Assembly: GCA_001784175.1 (NCBI GenBank)
Contig: MFPR01000004.1
Coordinates: 372,001 to 436,000 of the forward strand
Direction: 5' to 3'
DNA: 64,000 bases
DNA from: Candidatus Lindowbacteria bacterium RIFCSPLOWO2_12_FULL_62_27
Lineage (GTDB): Bacteria > Lindowbacteria > 2-12-FULL-62-27
The notes under the pieces were generated by a model. It ran no database searches. It saw nothing but the letters and a program-made list of their open reading frames with translations, and was not told the origin of the DNA. A program made the position numbers and the translations under genes. The stretch's first letter is position 1; each line of letters begins with the position of its first letter. Of this stretch, positions 39,664-50,016 are shown piece by piece.

Positions 39664-41898
39664 ATGACCCGCCGGCATCTCGTCGGCGCCAGTCTCATCT
39701 TGCTCGGCCTCATGCTGGCCGTCAGTCTGGCCAGCTACACCGAAACCGATTGGCCGCAATCCTCGATCCCCCAGGTTCAGAACCTCTGCGGGAGATTCGG
39801 CGCGTACGTCTCTTACTGGCTGGTTTTATTTTTCGGCCGCACTGCGTGGTTCGGGCCGCTCGCCGCAATCTGGATCGGTGTCCTGCAGATCCGCGGCGTG
39901 GACGACGCGAAATCCGCGACGCCCCACTGGCGGCAGCCCGCCGTGTCCATGGCGCTCCTGTTCTGTTTCCTGAGCGGCACGCTTCACCAGATCTGGCCGG
40001 AACGCGGCGGGCCCGGCGGAACCATGGGCGCGTGGCTCAATGACCGGCTGCAATACGTCTTTGGCGGCGTCGGAACGGCCTTCATCCTGTTTTTTGCGGG
40101 CATGATCGGCGCGGCGGGGCTCCTGCCGCAGAAATATTTGAAGAGGGCGGCGGATCACATGAAAGCGTGGCCGCAGCGCCTATGGACGCAGGTCAAGGAC
40201 ATGGTCGCCGCTCGCCGCGGGCAGCGCCCGCCCATCCCCATCAGGCCGGTGACGCAGGTGGAAGCGGTGGAGAGTTCACCGGTCATCGCAGAATCGGCGA
40301 CGGCCGCGCCGGTACAGACGCCTTTCGTGATGAAAACCATTCCCTTCCCCGGCCCCGCCGCCAAACCGCCGACGGTCTCGAAGCTGCCGGCGCCGGAACC
40401 CGTGCCGGACTTCGAGACCCCGGAGGAACGCGAATTCCAGAAATCCCTCGCGAAATATCGCACGCCCCCGCTCGAACTTTTGAAGTGGCCGCCGGACACC
40501 GACATCGGCCAGGACCAGAAAGTGCTGCAGAACGCCGGCCAGATCCTCGAAAACACTCTGAAAAATTTTGGGATCGACGCGCAGGTCACGCAGATCGTCC
40601 CGGGGCCCACCGTCACCCTCTACGAAGTGCTTCCGGCGGCCGGCGTGGCCGTCAACCGGATCGCCGCGCGCGAGGCGGACCTCAAACTCGCGCTGGCCGC
40701 AAACGCGCTGCGGATCGTCGCGCCGATTCCCGGCAAGTCGGTCGTCGGCGTCGAAGTACCGAATCCCAAACCCGCCCTCGTCAAAATCCGGGAGCTTCTC
40801 GCGTTCGAAAAATTTACGCCGGGGTCCTTCACGCTGCCCTTCGCGCTCGGCAAGGACATTCTCGGCAAGTCGGTCATCGTCGATTTGCAGAAGATGCCGC
40901 ACGTGCTCATCGCAGGCGCGACCGGGTCCGGGAAATCCATCTGCGTCGCGAATCTCCTCATCACGCTCCTCTACCGCATGACGCCCGCGCAGCTTCGGCT
41001 GATCCTGATCGACCCCAAGCGCGTCGAGCTGTCGGTGTTCGGCGAGATCCCGCATCTTCTGGCGCCGCCAATCCTCGACGCCAAGGACGCGTTGCGCGCG
41101 TTCAAGTGGCTGACCACCGAAATGGAAAGCCGCCTCAATACCCTGTCCGACAGCGGCGCCAAGAAAATTGAAAGTTACAACCTCGAACAGGAACGGCTGG
41201 GACTTGCGCCCATGCCCTACATCGTGCTCGTCGTCGACGAACTCGCCGACCTCATGCTGGCCGACCACCGCTCGGTCGAGGACGCGATCACGCGGCTGGC
41301 GCAACTGTCCCGCGCGGTCGGCATTCACCTCGTGCTGGCGACCCAGCGGCCCAGCGTCGACGTCATCACCGGACTCATCAAGGCCAATATGCCGGCCCGG
41401 ATCGGGTTCAAGGTTTCCTCGCAGTTCGATTCGCAGACCATCCTCGGCGCCAAAGGCGCCGAGTCGCTGGTGGGGCGCGGCGACATGCTGTTTCAATCGC
41501 CTCACGATCCCAACCCCATCCGCCTGCAGGGCGCGTACGTGGACGAGGAGGAAATCCACCGCGTGGTCGATTTCATCCGCGGCCAGATGAAACCGCTCTA
41601 CGCCGATCTTGACAGCGTGCCGGACAACCTGATGGTCGCCGTGGACGCGGACGTCTCGAGGGCGATCGGAGAAAGCGCCGAAGAGATCGATCCGCAGTTG
41701 TACGACGCGTCCAAACGATTTATCATCCACATTCGAAAGGGGTCGACCTCCATGCTGCAGAAAAAATTCCGGATCGGGTTCAACAAGGCCCAAAAGATCA
41801 TGGAAATGCTGGAAAAGGACGGCGTGGTCGGCCCTCACAAGGGACCCACGCCGAGAGACGTGCTGGTCGGCCCCCCCAGTCCGGTGGCGGAGGAGTAG
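39664..41898 (+). CDS. ftsK: DNA translocase FtsK
   Basis: N-terminal TM segments, AGATGSGKS, DELADLM, ATQRPSVDV, gamma domain. Confidence 0.97.
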   Translation: MTRRHLVGASLILLGLMLAVSLASYTETDWPQSSIPQVQNLCGRFGAYVSYWLVLFFGRTAWFGPLAAIWIGVLQIRGVDDAKSATPHWRQPAVSMALLFCFLSGTLHQIWPERGGPGGTMGAWLNDRLQYVFGGVGTAFILFFAGMIGAAGLLPQKYLKRAADHMKAWPQRLWTQVKDMVAARRGQRPPIPIRPVTQVEAVESSPVIAESATAAPVQTPFVMKTIPFPGPAAKPPTVSKLPAPEPVPDFETPEEREFQKSLAKYRTPPLELLKWPPDTDIGQDQKVLQNAGQILENTLKNFGIDAQVTQIVPGPTVTLYEVLPAAGVAVNRIAAREADLKLALAANALRIVAPIPGKSVVGVEVPNPKPALVKIRELLAFEKFTPGSFTLPFALGKDILGKSVIVDLQKMPHVLIAGATGSGKSICVANLLITLLYRMTPAQLRLILIDPKRVELSVFGEIPHLLAPPILDAKDALRAFKWLTTEMESRLNTLSDSGAKKIESYNLEQERLGLAPMPYIVLVVDELADLMLADHRSVEDAITRLAQLSRAVGIHLVLATQRPSVDVITGLIKANMPARIGFKVSSQFDSQTILGAKGAESLVGRGDMLFQSPHDPNPIRLQGAYVDEEEIHRVVDFIRGQMKPLYADLDSVPDNLMVAVDADVSRAIGESAEEIDPQLYDASKRFIIHIRKGSTSMLQKKFRIGFNKAQKIMEMLEKDGVVGPHKGPTPRDVLVGPPSPVAEE

Positions 41899-41901
41899 GG
41901 A

Positions 41902-42756
41902 ATGGAAACTCAGAAACTCGCGCAGCTTTTGAAATCAAAACGCGAAGCCGCGAAGCTTTCAGTTCCCGCGGTGGTGGAGCGGACGAAAATCAAGCGGTCC
42001 TACATCGAGGCCATGGAATCCGGAGACGCGGCGGCCTTCGGAAGCATGGTTTATTTCCGAAACTTTGCAAGAACGTACGCCAAATTCCTCAGAATACCGG
42101 AACCCGACATCCTTGCGCTCCTGGGAGAAACCGGGTCTGCGGCCGAGGAGAAACCGGCGCCCGCCGAGGCGACACCGGAGACCGCCACCGCACCCGCGAA
42201 CGCGCCGCTCTCGCCGGCTGGCCGGCGGAACATGTCCAACGCGCTCATTCTGGCCGCGCTCCTTGTCGCCGCCGTGGGAATCGTCTGGCTCATGAAATCC
42301 GGCCTGAAGAACTCGGAGCAGCAGCCGATACGGGTCGTTGCTCCCGCCGATAACCTCTCCGTGGAAACGGACACGTCAGCGCCATCCCCGCCGACGGCGT
42401 TCCTCGCCGACACCGGCGCGACCGCGGCGCCGGCAACGCCGGGAGTCCACACGGCGGAACTGCAGGCCGTTTCCGAAGTATGGCTGTCGTGGGAAACGGA
42501 ACGGGCGCGGTCGCAGAAACTTCTCCGCGTCAGGGAACGCCAGACGGCCTCGTTCGAAAAAAATCTGCGGCTCATCGTCGGAAACCCCCTCGGCCTGAAA
42601 TTGACGGTCGACGGCGCCGAGGTCGGTCTCGACACCGGCCGGGTCTACGACCGGATCTTCCGGTTCGAGGAGGATGGCCGCCTCGTGATTGAACCGACGA
42701 CCGCCGCCACCCTCCGGCGGTTTCAATCGAGCGGCCAGCCGGTCCGAACCCCATAA
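41902..42756 (+). CDS. rodZ: RodZ-like HTH / DUF4115 membrane protein
   Basis: N-terminal HTH (TKI...YIEA.E, F.R.YA), one TM segment, GN..G..L.VDG. Confidence 0.75.
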   Translation: METQKLAQLLKSKREAAKLSVPAVVERTKIKRSYIEAMESGDAAAFGSMVYFRNFARTYAKFLRIPEPDILALLGETGSAAEEKPAPAEATPETATAPANAPLSPAGRRNMSNALILAALLVAAVGIVWLMKSGLKNSEQQPIRVVAPADNLSVETDTSAPSPPTAFLADTGATAAPATPGVHTAELQAVSEVWLSWETERARSQKLLRVRERQTASFEKNLRLIVGNPLGLKLTVDGAEVGLDTGRVYDRIFRFEEDGRLVIEPTTAATLRRFQSSGQPVRTP

Positions 42757-43379
42757 TCTCCTTACGCCAGATTCCGAATCTCCTGACGGCCCTGCGCCTC
42801 GTCTTGTCCCTGTTTTTCCTGGTCGCCGAGGCGTTTGAAACCATCCTCACCGCGCAAATCCTCGGACTTGGCCTCTTTCTGCTCGCGTCCCTCACGGATA
42901 TTTTTGACGGTATCCTCGCGAGACGGTACGGCGCGGTCACGCGCCTGGGAAGGCTCATGGACCCGATCGCCGACAAAATCCTCGTCGCGTCCGCGCTCAT
43001 CATTTTCGTCAACTCGCCCTTCGTCAAAGTCCCCGCGTGGCCGGTCGCGCTGATGATCGCGCGCGAATTCGCCGTGACCGGCCTGCGTCTTTTGGCGGGA
43101 GCCGAAGGCGTCACGCTGGGCGCGGAAGCCAGCGGAAAATTCAAGACCATCATCCAGATGGTCGGCCTCCACTATATTCTCATCGTCGCCATCGTCGAAC
43201 ATTGCATCCGGGACGGCATGCTCCTCGCGCTCGCGCCGTACATGAAGGACGCGCATTTCGGCGTCTACATCTTCGTCTTCGTGATGACGGCCGCCACCGT
43301 CTATTCCGGCATCGATTACCTGATCAAGAACTATCGATACCTCTCGTCCGAGGGCGGGCCGGGCACGCCGTCTGAATGA
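42753..43379 (+). CDS. pgsA: CDP-diacylglycerol--glycerol-3-phosphate phosphatidyltransferase (start non-canonical or uncertain)
   Basis: IPN.LT..R, TD..DG..AR....VT..G..MDP.ADK, REF.VTGLR, GK.KT..QM. Confidence 0.9.
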   Translation: MISLRQIPNLLTALRLVLSLFFLVAEAFETILTAQILGLGLFLLASLTDIFDGILARRYGAVTRLGRLMDPIADKILVASALIIFVNSPFVKVPAWPVALMIAREFAVTGLRLLAGAEGVTLGAEASGKFKTIIQMVGLHYILIVAIVEHCIRDGMLLALAPYMKDAHFGVYIFVFVMTAATVYSGIDYLIKNYRYLSSEGGPGTPSE

Positions 43380-43395
43380 GTAATTATTCAGGTAT

Positions 43396-43518
43396 CCCCC
43401 CTCTCCCGCCAGAGGCGGGAGAGGGTTGGGGTGAGGGTGGCAATCCACGGTCGGCGCCAGCCGCACCCCCCTCACCCGAGCTTCGCTCGTCCTCTCCCCC
43501 CTTCGGGGGGAGAGGAGG
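43396..43518. repeat. composite REP/BIME-like palindromic element
   Basis: CCCTCTCCCGCC-AGA-GGCGGGAGAGGG; GGGTGAGGG...CCCTCACCC; CCTCTCCCCCC-TTCG-GGGGGAGAGG. Confidence 0.7.
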
Positions 43519-43533
43519 TGAATAGATACCTGA

Positions 43534-44022
43534 ATGATCGACCGGAGTTGTGTTTGGATGGCAACGCTGTTCGGCGTGGGTTACATCCCGAAAATTCCAG
43601 GCACCGTCGCCTCGCTGGTCACGCTACCGGCCGTTTATTGTCTCCTGAAGGCAGGCCTTCCCGCGTATGCGCTGGTATGTCTGCTGACCATCCTGCTCGC
43701 CGTCGGAATTTGCGCGCGCGCCGCGCGTGTCCTCGGCGCGGCGGACCCGCATGAGATCGTGCTGGACGAAGTCGCCGGCCAGATGACGGCGTGTATTCCC
43801 CTCGCTTGGATGCAGGCGCCGGCCGGGAGGACGTGGGCGCTCTTGTTCGTCTTTTTCGCGCTGTTCCGCCTGTTCGACATCACCAAACCGGGGTTTGTCG
43901 ATAAGGCCCAGGAATTGCCGGGCGGATGGGGAATCGTGATGGACGACATCGTGGCGGGCCTGCTCGCGGCGTGCACGGGCTGGATCGTGTATGCGGCCGC
44001 GCGCGCGTTGACGGGCGGCTGA
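43534..44022 (+). CDS. pgpA: phosphatidylglycerophosphatase A
   Basis: G.G..P..PGT, DP.EIV.DEVAG, FRLFDI.KP, GG.GI..DD. Confidence 0.93.
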   Translation: MIDRSCVWMATLFGVGYIPKIPGTVASLVTLPAVYCLLKAGLPAYALVCLLTILLAVGICARAARVLGAADPHEIVLDEVAGQMTACIPLAWMQAPAGRTWALLFVFFALFRLFDITKPGFVDKAQELPGGWGIVMDDIVAGLLAACTGWIVYAAARALTGG

Positions 44023-44723
44023 TGCGCGTTCGGCTGGACCTCGCGTACGTCGGCACGCGCTACGCGGGCTGGCAGCGCCAGAGCAGGGCGCCAAGCGTTC
44101 AGCAAACTCTGGAGCTGGCGCTGAGCCGCCTGTACAACCGGCGAATCACGATCGCCGGCGCCGGCCGGACCGACGCGGGTGTCCACGCGGCGGGGCAGGT
44201 GGCGCATTTCGACGTGGAGTCCGCACGACCGGCCGTGAAGGACCTCCCATGGATTCTCAGCCGAATGCTCCCGCCGGACATCGCCGTCTTGCGTGCGCGG
44301 AAGGTCAGCCCGGTATTTCACGCGAGGCGCCGGGCCACTTGGCGCACGTATCAATACCGGATTCTCACCTCAAAAATCCCTGACCCGTTCCGCGGCCCTT
44401 ACGTGTGGCATGTGCCGTGGGCGGACAAACTGGACCTCGTCCGGATGCGGCGCGCCGCGCGCGGGTGGCTCGGCACAAAAGATTTCGCGGCATTCGCAAT
44501 CTGTGTCCCCAAGGGCCGCAGGACGCGCCGACACATGCGAAAAATCGTCCTCCGCCGCGCCGGCGACGAACTCCGGCTCACCTTCGTCGCCGACTCCTTC
44601 CTCCACCGCATGATCCGCCGGATGGTCGCCCTCCTCGTCGCAGTGGGCGGCGGCAAAGCCCCCCGCCGCCCGGATTTCACCGCGCCACCGGGCGGGTTGT
44701 GTTTGACAAGGGTTCAATATTGA
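44022..44723 (+). CDS. truA: tRNA pseudouridine(38-40) synthase
   Basis: AY.GT.Y.GWQ.Q, AGRTDAGVHA.GQ, FHAR, FL..M.R. Confidence 0.95.
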   Translation: MRVRLDLAYVGTRYAGWQRQSRAPSVQQTLELALSRLYNRRITIAGAGRTDAGVHAAGQVAHFDVESARPAVKDLPWILSRMLPPDIAVLRARKVSPVFHARRRATWRTYQYRILTSKIPDPFRGPYVWHVPWADKLDLVRMRRAARGWLGTKDFAAFAICVPKGRRTRRHMRKIVLRRAGDELRLTFVADSFLHRMIRRMVALLVAVGGGKAPRRPDFTAPPGGLCLTRVQY

Positions 44724-44842
44724 GATATCGGCGACAGGAAGGCCTATTTGTCGGTCGATGGGGCCGGGTCGATGGTCGATGGGGCCGCTCTTGACTTTTT
44801 GACTTTTCAAGTTCCAAGGACATTTCTGATTTTTAATATTTG

Positions 44843-45763
44843 TTACCTGGTTGCCGGTCTCAGAATGTCCCCTCTTTTCGGTACCGTATCCGAAATCGCC
44901 GCGCCCACCGCGTACTGGTCCTTGAGGTCCTCGACCCGCACGAGGCCGATGCGAGCTTCCGTGACCGCAAGCTGGACACCGCTCGTCGGGTCGATGACGG
45001 CCTCGCCCGGCCGGTAGAGTCCGAGCTGAAGGCCGAGGTGGAGGCCGTCCTCGGCGCCCGCCGCGATGTAGACTTTGCCGTCCTCGCGCACGCCCGCGAC
45101 GCGCGTTTCCCAGGGGATGGCCGAGAATTTTTCCAGGACGAAATTCACTGATTTTTTGATCGCCTCTTTCGAGGCGCGGCCGACCGCGCTGGAATTGAAC
45201 ATGGCCGTGCCCACCAGCGTGGATCCCGTCCTGACGCCCGCCGCCAGATCCCCGCCCGTAGCCGACGCCTCCACCACCCGGCTGGCGATCACCTGCGCGG
45301 TCGCGACGTCCAAGAGCTTCACTTCGAGCATCGCCTTCGCGCGCCGGATCCGAAATCCGCCGCCGCGTCCCTCGGTGAGCGTGCCGATCAGCGCGTCCTC
45401 TTCGGAGCCGACGCTCAAGGCCTTGATCGACAAGAGGAGCCGGGCCGGGATGATTCTTGAACTCACGCCGCCCTCATTCCAGAATCCCGGGTCCGCACCG
45501 CGCGCCTGTTCCGCCTGGACTTCCGTCAGGCTGCCGCGTTCTAGAACAATAAACCGGTTGGCCTTGAGCAACTCCGAGGTGAGAAGCTCCGTAAGACCCG
45601 CCTGCAAGTTCCCGCCGCCCTCGACCGGAACGACCGCCAGGCGAATCTTCAGGGGCGACTCCGGCGCATGCACAGCAACGTGCCGGCGCGAGGCCGACCT
45701 CGGGGTTTCACAGCCGGCCGCAGCGAATATCAAAATGCCCGCGAGACATAAGGTTCTCCACAT
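44843..45763 (-). CDS. CsgG/FlgT-like lipoprotein
   Basis: Lipobox AAGC; L.E.L...L....RF.VLER; C-terminal beta domain (DP.SG..L). Confidence 0.65.
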   Translation of the reverse strand: MWRTLCLAGILIFAAAGCETPRSASRRHVAVHAPESPLKIRLAVVPVEGGGNLQAGLTELLTSELLKANRFIVLERGSLTEVQAEQARGADPGFWNEGGVSSRIIPARLLLSIKALSVGSEEDALIGTLTEGRGGGFRIRRAKAMLEVKLLDVATAQVIASRVVEASATGGDLAAGVRTGSTLVGTAMFNSSAVGRASKEAIKKSVNFVLEKFSAIPWETRVAGVREDGKVYIAAGAEDGLHLGLQLGLYRPGEAVIDPTSGVQLAVTEARIGLVRVEDLKDQYAVGAAISDTVPKRGDILRPATR

Positions 45764-45815
45764 GCCGATGAATTCTTATCTTGAACGCGCGCGAAACGCA
45801 AAGCACACTCCTGGC

Positions 45816-47450
45816 ATGTTTCGGCTCCGTTTGAAACTCCTCGCGCGGTTCCTCTCTCCCGTTCGAACGGTCGAGGGCCGGCGAAACTGGCTCGTCATCG
45901 GCATTTTTCTTCTGTTCGTGTCCCTGACGTCGCACATGTCGGCCCGGCTGTTCGACACGCTGCGCCTGACGCCGGAAATCGGCACGGCCCTGACGTTCCG
46001 CGTGGTGGCGATGGCGAATTTGTCGTTTGCGGTGATGCTGGTGTTTTCGAGTATCGTCACGGCCGCGCTGATCCTCTACTCGAATCCCGAAAACGAAATG
46101 CTGATGGCGCTCCCGATTCCCGCGCCGAAAATTTTCGCGCTGAGGTATCTGGAAAGCATGGCCGCGAGCGGCTGGATGGTGTTTTTGTTCGGCACGCCGA
46201 TCGCCGCCGGCCTCGGACGCAGTTTCGTCGCGGGCTGGGAGTATGTGCCCCTCGCGGCCCTGGCGCTGCTCGGCCTGACGGTGCTGCCGACGGCGCTGGG
46301 CGTTTTCATTCTGATCGCCGCCTTTGTCTGCATCCCGCGGCACCGGGCCAAAGCCCTCCTGTTCCTGGTCGGCGCGCTGGCCGCGTACACGATCGTCGCC
46401 TTCGCCAGCCGCGTCGACATCGGCGTCCTGTTTAAAATGGAGTTCGATCCCGCGCTCCACCTGCCGGCCGTCCTGAGCGCGATTGAAATTCCCTCGCATC
46501 CCTTCACGCCCGACACCCTCGCCGCGCAGGCGCTGTCGGCCTGGGTGAAAGGCGAGATGCCGGCCGCGTGGAAGAACCTGGGACTCTTGTGGGCGGAAAA
46601 CGCCGTGGGCGTTCTTTGCCTGATGGCCGCCGCCTATCCGCTGTATCTCAGAGGCTGGGCCCGCAGCGAACAGCGGGACGTGACCGTTCGCGCGCTGATC
46701 CCGTTTTCGAGCCGGCGCGTGCGGGGCCGGCCGTTTCTCACGCTGTGTCTCAAGGACCTCAAACTTCTCTTCCGAAACGTCGCCGAATGGACTCAGTTGC
46801 TGGTGCTCCTGACGCTGATCTTCGTGCAGGTCGTCAACATCCGGGACCTGCCGCTGGACCAGGTGTACCTGAAAAACTTCGTGTCCTTTGTCAATCTCGC
46901 CATCGCCGGACTTCTCGTCGTGGCGGTGTCGGTGCGATTCGTCTACCCGGCGTTTTCGTTCGAGGGACAGAACGCCTACCTTCTGAAAACCCTGCCGATG
47001 TCCGCGCGCGATGTCCTGGGCGCCAAATTCTGGACCCATGCCGGCCCGCTCCTCATTCTGTCCCAGCTCCTCCTGTTCGTCACGAACCGGCAGACCGGCG
47101 TATCGACGTTCTTTTTCGTGTTTTCCCACACCGTCAGCGCCATCCAGACGCTGGCCATCGTGATGATGGCGATCCACGCGGCGCTGGCGATGCCGCCGCA
47201 GAGCCGCAGTAGTCTCGAACGCGCGGCGGGATCGACCGGCGGGCTGTTGTTCATGATTCTGGGATCCCTCTATATCGCCGCCTGCATCGCGTTTTTCACG
47301 GCGCCGATCTACAAACTGCTGCTCACGGTTCCGCTGAGCCGCGAGCTGGCGGGACCGCTCCTGGCTACCTTTTCCCTGTTTGTGCTCGCCCATGTGCTCT
47401 ATGTGTGGATTTGGAGAAAATCTTCCATCCGAATGCTTCACGAGTTATAG
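45816..47450 (+). CDS. putative ABC transporter permease (multi-TM)
   Basis: Many TM segments; L.ALP.P, KDLK...R, FS.EG....L.TLP. Confidence 0.7.
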   Translation: MFRLRLKLLARFLSPVRTVEGRRNWLVIGIFLLFVSLTSHMSARLFDTLRLTPEIGTALTFRVVAMANLSFAVMLVFSSIVTAALILYSNPENEMLMALPIPAPKIFALRYLESMAASGWMVFLFGTPIAAGLGRSFVAGWEYVPLAALALLGLTVLPTALGVFILIAAFVCIPRHRAKALLFLVGALAAYTIVAFASRVDIGVLFKMEFDPALHLPAVLSAIEIPSHPFTPDTLAAQALSAWVKGEMPAAWKNLGLLWAENAVGVLCLMAAAYPLYLRGWARSEQRDVTVRALIPFSSRRVRGRPFLTLCLKDLKLLFRNVAEWTQLLVLLTLIFVQVVNIRDLPLDQVYLKNFVSFVNLAIAGLLVVAVSVRFVYPAFSFEGQNAYLLKTLPMSARDVLGAKFWTHAGPLLILSQLLLFVTNRQTGVSTFFFVFSHTVSAIQTLAIVMMAIHAALAMPPQSRSSLERAAGSTGGLLFMILGSLYIAACIAFFTAPIYKLLLTVPLSRELAGPLLATFSLFVLAHVLYVWIWRKSSIRMLHEL

Positions 47451-47459
47451 TAGCCGCTC

Positions 47460-48479
47460 ATGACGGAGACGCTGATCGATATAGGTGGACGGCTCGTTGG
47501 CCCGGGCCGGCCGTGTTTCATCGTGGCCGAGGCCGGGATCAATCATAATTCCGACCCGGCGCTGGCCGACCGAATGGTGGACGCCGCGGCGGAATCAGGC
47601 GCGTCGGCCATCAAATTTCAGACGTTCAAGGCCGACCGGCTGGTCGCGCTGACGAACGCCGAATCGCAGCACGCATTGCTCAGCCGGTATGAGCTTTCCG
47701 AGGACCTGCACCGCCGGTTGCAGGCTCGCTGCAAAATCCGGAACCTGATTTTTCTTTCCACGCCCTTTGACGAATCAAGCGCCGACTTTCTGGAATCTCT
47801 CGGCGTGCCGGCATTCAAGATCGCCTCCGGCGACTTGACGCACCCGGGACTGCTCGCGCACGTGGCGCGGAAACGCAGGCCCATGATTGTCTCGACCGGC
47901 ATGGCGACCCTGGACGAGGTGGCGGCGGCGGTCGGGACCATCCGGGCTGCCGGAAATTCCGATATCGTGCTCCTTCATTGCGTCAGCAACTACCCTGCGC
48001 GGCCGGACGAATCGAACCTGCGCGCGATGCAGGCGCTCCAGCGCGAGTTCGGCGTGCTGGTGGGCTTTTCAGACCACACGCCCGGCGTGGACGTGGCGCC
48101 GGCCGCGGTGTCCATGGGCGCGTGTGTGATCGAAAAACATTTTACCCTTGACCGGGATCTCCCGGGGCCCGACCATTCCTTTTCGCTTAATCCTGCCGAC
48201 CTCGCCGAGCTGGTCAGGCGCGTCCGCGTCGTTGAAGCTGCGCTTGGGGACGGGCAGAAACGGCCAACGGAATCCGAGCGGCTCACCGCCCGCGGCGCCC
48301 GCAAGAGCCTCGTCGCGGCGCGTCTCATCGCCGCCGGCAGCCGCCTCACGCGTGAGGTCATCGCGATCAAACGGCCCGGCACCGGCCTGCCGCCCGGCCG
48401 GCTGGACGAAGTTGTGGGTCGCCGTGCGAGAGTCGACATTCCGGAAGGCGCGCTTTTAACCGAGGAGATGTTTCAGTGA
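47460..48479 (+). CDS. neuB: N-acetylneuraminate synthase family protein (NeuB-like)
   Basis: AEAGINHN, IKFQT, STPFD, KIASG, HCVS.YP, SDHT, EKHFTL, SAF domain. Confidence 0.9.
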   Translation: MTETLIDIGGRLVGPGRPCFIVAEAGINHNSDPALADRMVDAAAESGASAIKFQTFKADRLVALTNAESQHALLSRYELSEDLHRRLQARCKIRNLIFLSTPFDESSADFLESLGVPAFKIASGDLTHPGLLAHVARKRRPMIVSTGMATLDEVAAAVGTIRAAGNSDIVLLHCVSNYPARPDESNLRAMQALQREFGVLVGFSDHTPGVDVAPAAVSMGACVIEKHFTLDRDLPGPDHSFSLNPADLAELVRRVRVVEAALGDGQKRPTESERLTARGARKSLVAARLIAAGSRLTREVIAIKRPGTGLPPGRLDEVVGRRARVDIPEGALLTEEMFQ

Positions 48480-49993
48480 GCGCATACGGAATCCGAATCC
48501 GATCGGATGTTCAGAACCCTTGGAAATCCCGGGTGGCCATTCTAAGCCCGAACGTCATGGGCCTCATCCAGGGCATCAACCGGGCCCAGCCGGGTCTGGG
48601 GATGATGTATCTGGGCGCGGTCCTCGAAAGCCGGGGCCACGAAGTGTTTCTGCGCGACTGCGCCGCCGAAGGCTACGAGCGGCAGATCCCGCTGGACGAC
48701 CGGATGATGGTGATCGGCGAATCGGATGACCAGATTGAAGCATACCTGAGAGACGTGCGTCCGGAATTCGTCGGGATCACGATCCTCTTCTCCAATCTCG
48801 CGCCCCAGGCCCACCGGATCGCCGCCCTCTCCAAAAAAATGCTCCCGGCCGTCCCCGTCATCATCGGCGGCAATCATGTGAGCGCCAAAGCCGAGGAGAT
48901 GATGCAGGCCGACGCGCACATCGATTTTGCGATGGCGAAGGAATGTGACTTCACGTTCGCGACGTTCATCGAGCGCCTCAAATCCGGCGGTGATTTCAAA
49001 AGTGTTCCCGGCGCCATTTACCGGGAGGGCGCCCGGATCGTGCGGAACCGCACTGCGGCCATCGTTTCCCGGATGGACGATCTGCCATTCCCGGCGCGAC
49101 ACTTGATGAACATGGAAAAATATTTCCGGATCGGCAAATTCCACAATCCGTTTTCGAAACATCCCCGCGTCGCCAACGTCATGTGCTCCCGCGGCTGCCC
49201 CGAAAAATGCACCTTCTGCACCACGCCCGAAATGTGGGGCAGCACCATCCGCTGGCGCTCGCCGCGGAACGTCGCGGATGAGATCAAGCACCTGATCGAC
49301 GACTACGGCGTCGGCGAAATCCAGTTCGAGGACGACACGCTGACGCTGAACCGCGTCAAGCTCCTGGAACTTTGCGATCTTATCGAACCCTTCCATATCA
49401 AATGGAACACGGTGAACGGCATCAAGGTCAACTATCACTCCAGCGATCCGGCGGTGCAGGACCACATGTTTCAACGGATGGCGGACGCCGGCTGTTACCA
49501 GGTCTGCCTCGCAATCGAGTCGGGGAACCAGGAACTGCTCGACACCCTCGTGCGGAAAAATCTGAATCTCTCGGTCGTGCCGCAAACCATCGCGGCGGCC
49601 AAAAAGGCCGGCATCCAGGTCCACTCGTTTTTCATGGTGGGATTCCCCGGCGAAACGGTGGAGGACATGGAGTCGACGGTCGCGTACGCCGAAGGCCTCG
49701 ACCTCGACAGCTATTCCCTGTCCCTCTACAACCCCCTGCCCGGCACGCCGCTGTTCGACCACGCGAAACGAAACGGCCATCTCGTGGACGATTTCCGCGA
49801 GGACCGGATCCTGTACGCCAAGTCCAACATCAAAATCCCGGGCGTGGCCCCGGAGGAAGTCGAGCGGCTCGTGTCGGAATGGAACAAGCGGCTGAACGGC
49901 AAAGCGCTCACGAAAAACCCCCGGGGCTTCGAGGAACACTACGGCCGTTTTCTGCGCGAAAACGACGTCAGTATTTTTCAGAAGAACTCGTAG
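48476..49993 (+). CDS. B12-binding radical SAM protein
   Basis: GG.H, SRGCPEKCTFC, IESG, FMVGFPGET. Confidence 0.92.
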   Translation: MSAYGIRIRSDVQNPWKSRVAILSPNVMGLIQGINRAQPGLGMMYLGAVLESRGHEVFLRDCAAEGYERQIPLDDRMMVIGESDDQIEAYLRDVRPEFVGITILFSNLAPQAHRIAALSKKMLPAVPVIIGGNHVSAKAEEMMQADAHIDFAMAKECDFTFATFIERLKSGGDFKSVPGAIYREGARIVRNRTAAIVSRMDDLPFPARHLMNMEKYFRIGKFHNPFSKHPRVANVMCSRGCPEKCTFCTTPEMWGSTIRWRSPRNVADEIKHLIDDYGVGEIQFEDDTLTLNRVKLLELCDLIEPFHIKWNTVNGIKVNYHSSDPAVQDHMFQRMADAGCYQVCLAIESGNQELLDTLVRKNLNLSVVPQTIAAAKKAGIQVHSFFMVGFPGETVEDMESTVAYAEGLDLDSYSLSLYNPLPGTPLFDHAKRNGHLVDDFREDRILYAKSNIKIPGVAPEEVERLVSEWNKRLNGKALTKNPRGFEEHYGRFLRENDVSIFQKNS

Positions 49994-50016
49994 CAATCGA
50001 AATCCACGCCGTTTCG

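Noticed and set aside
44745-44790. Short GGTCGATGG repeats between truA and the CsgG-like gene
   Set aside because: Too short and irregular for an array or element call.
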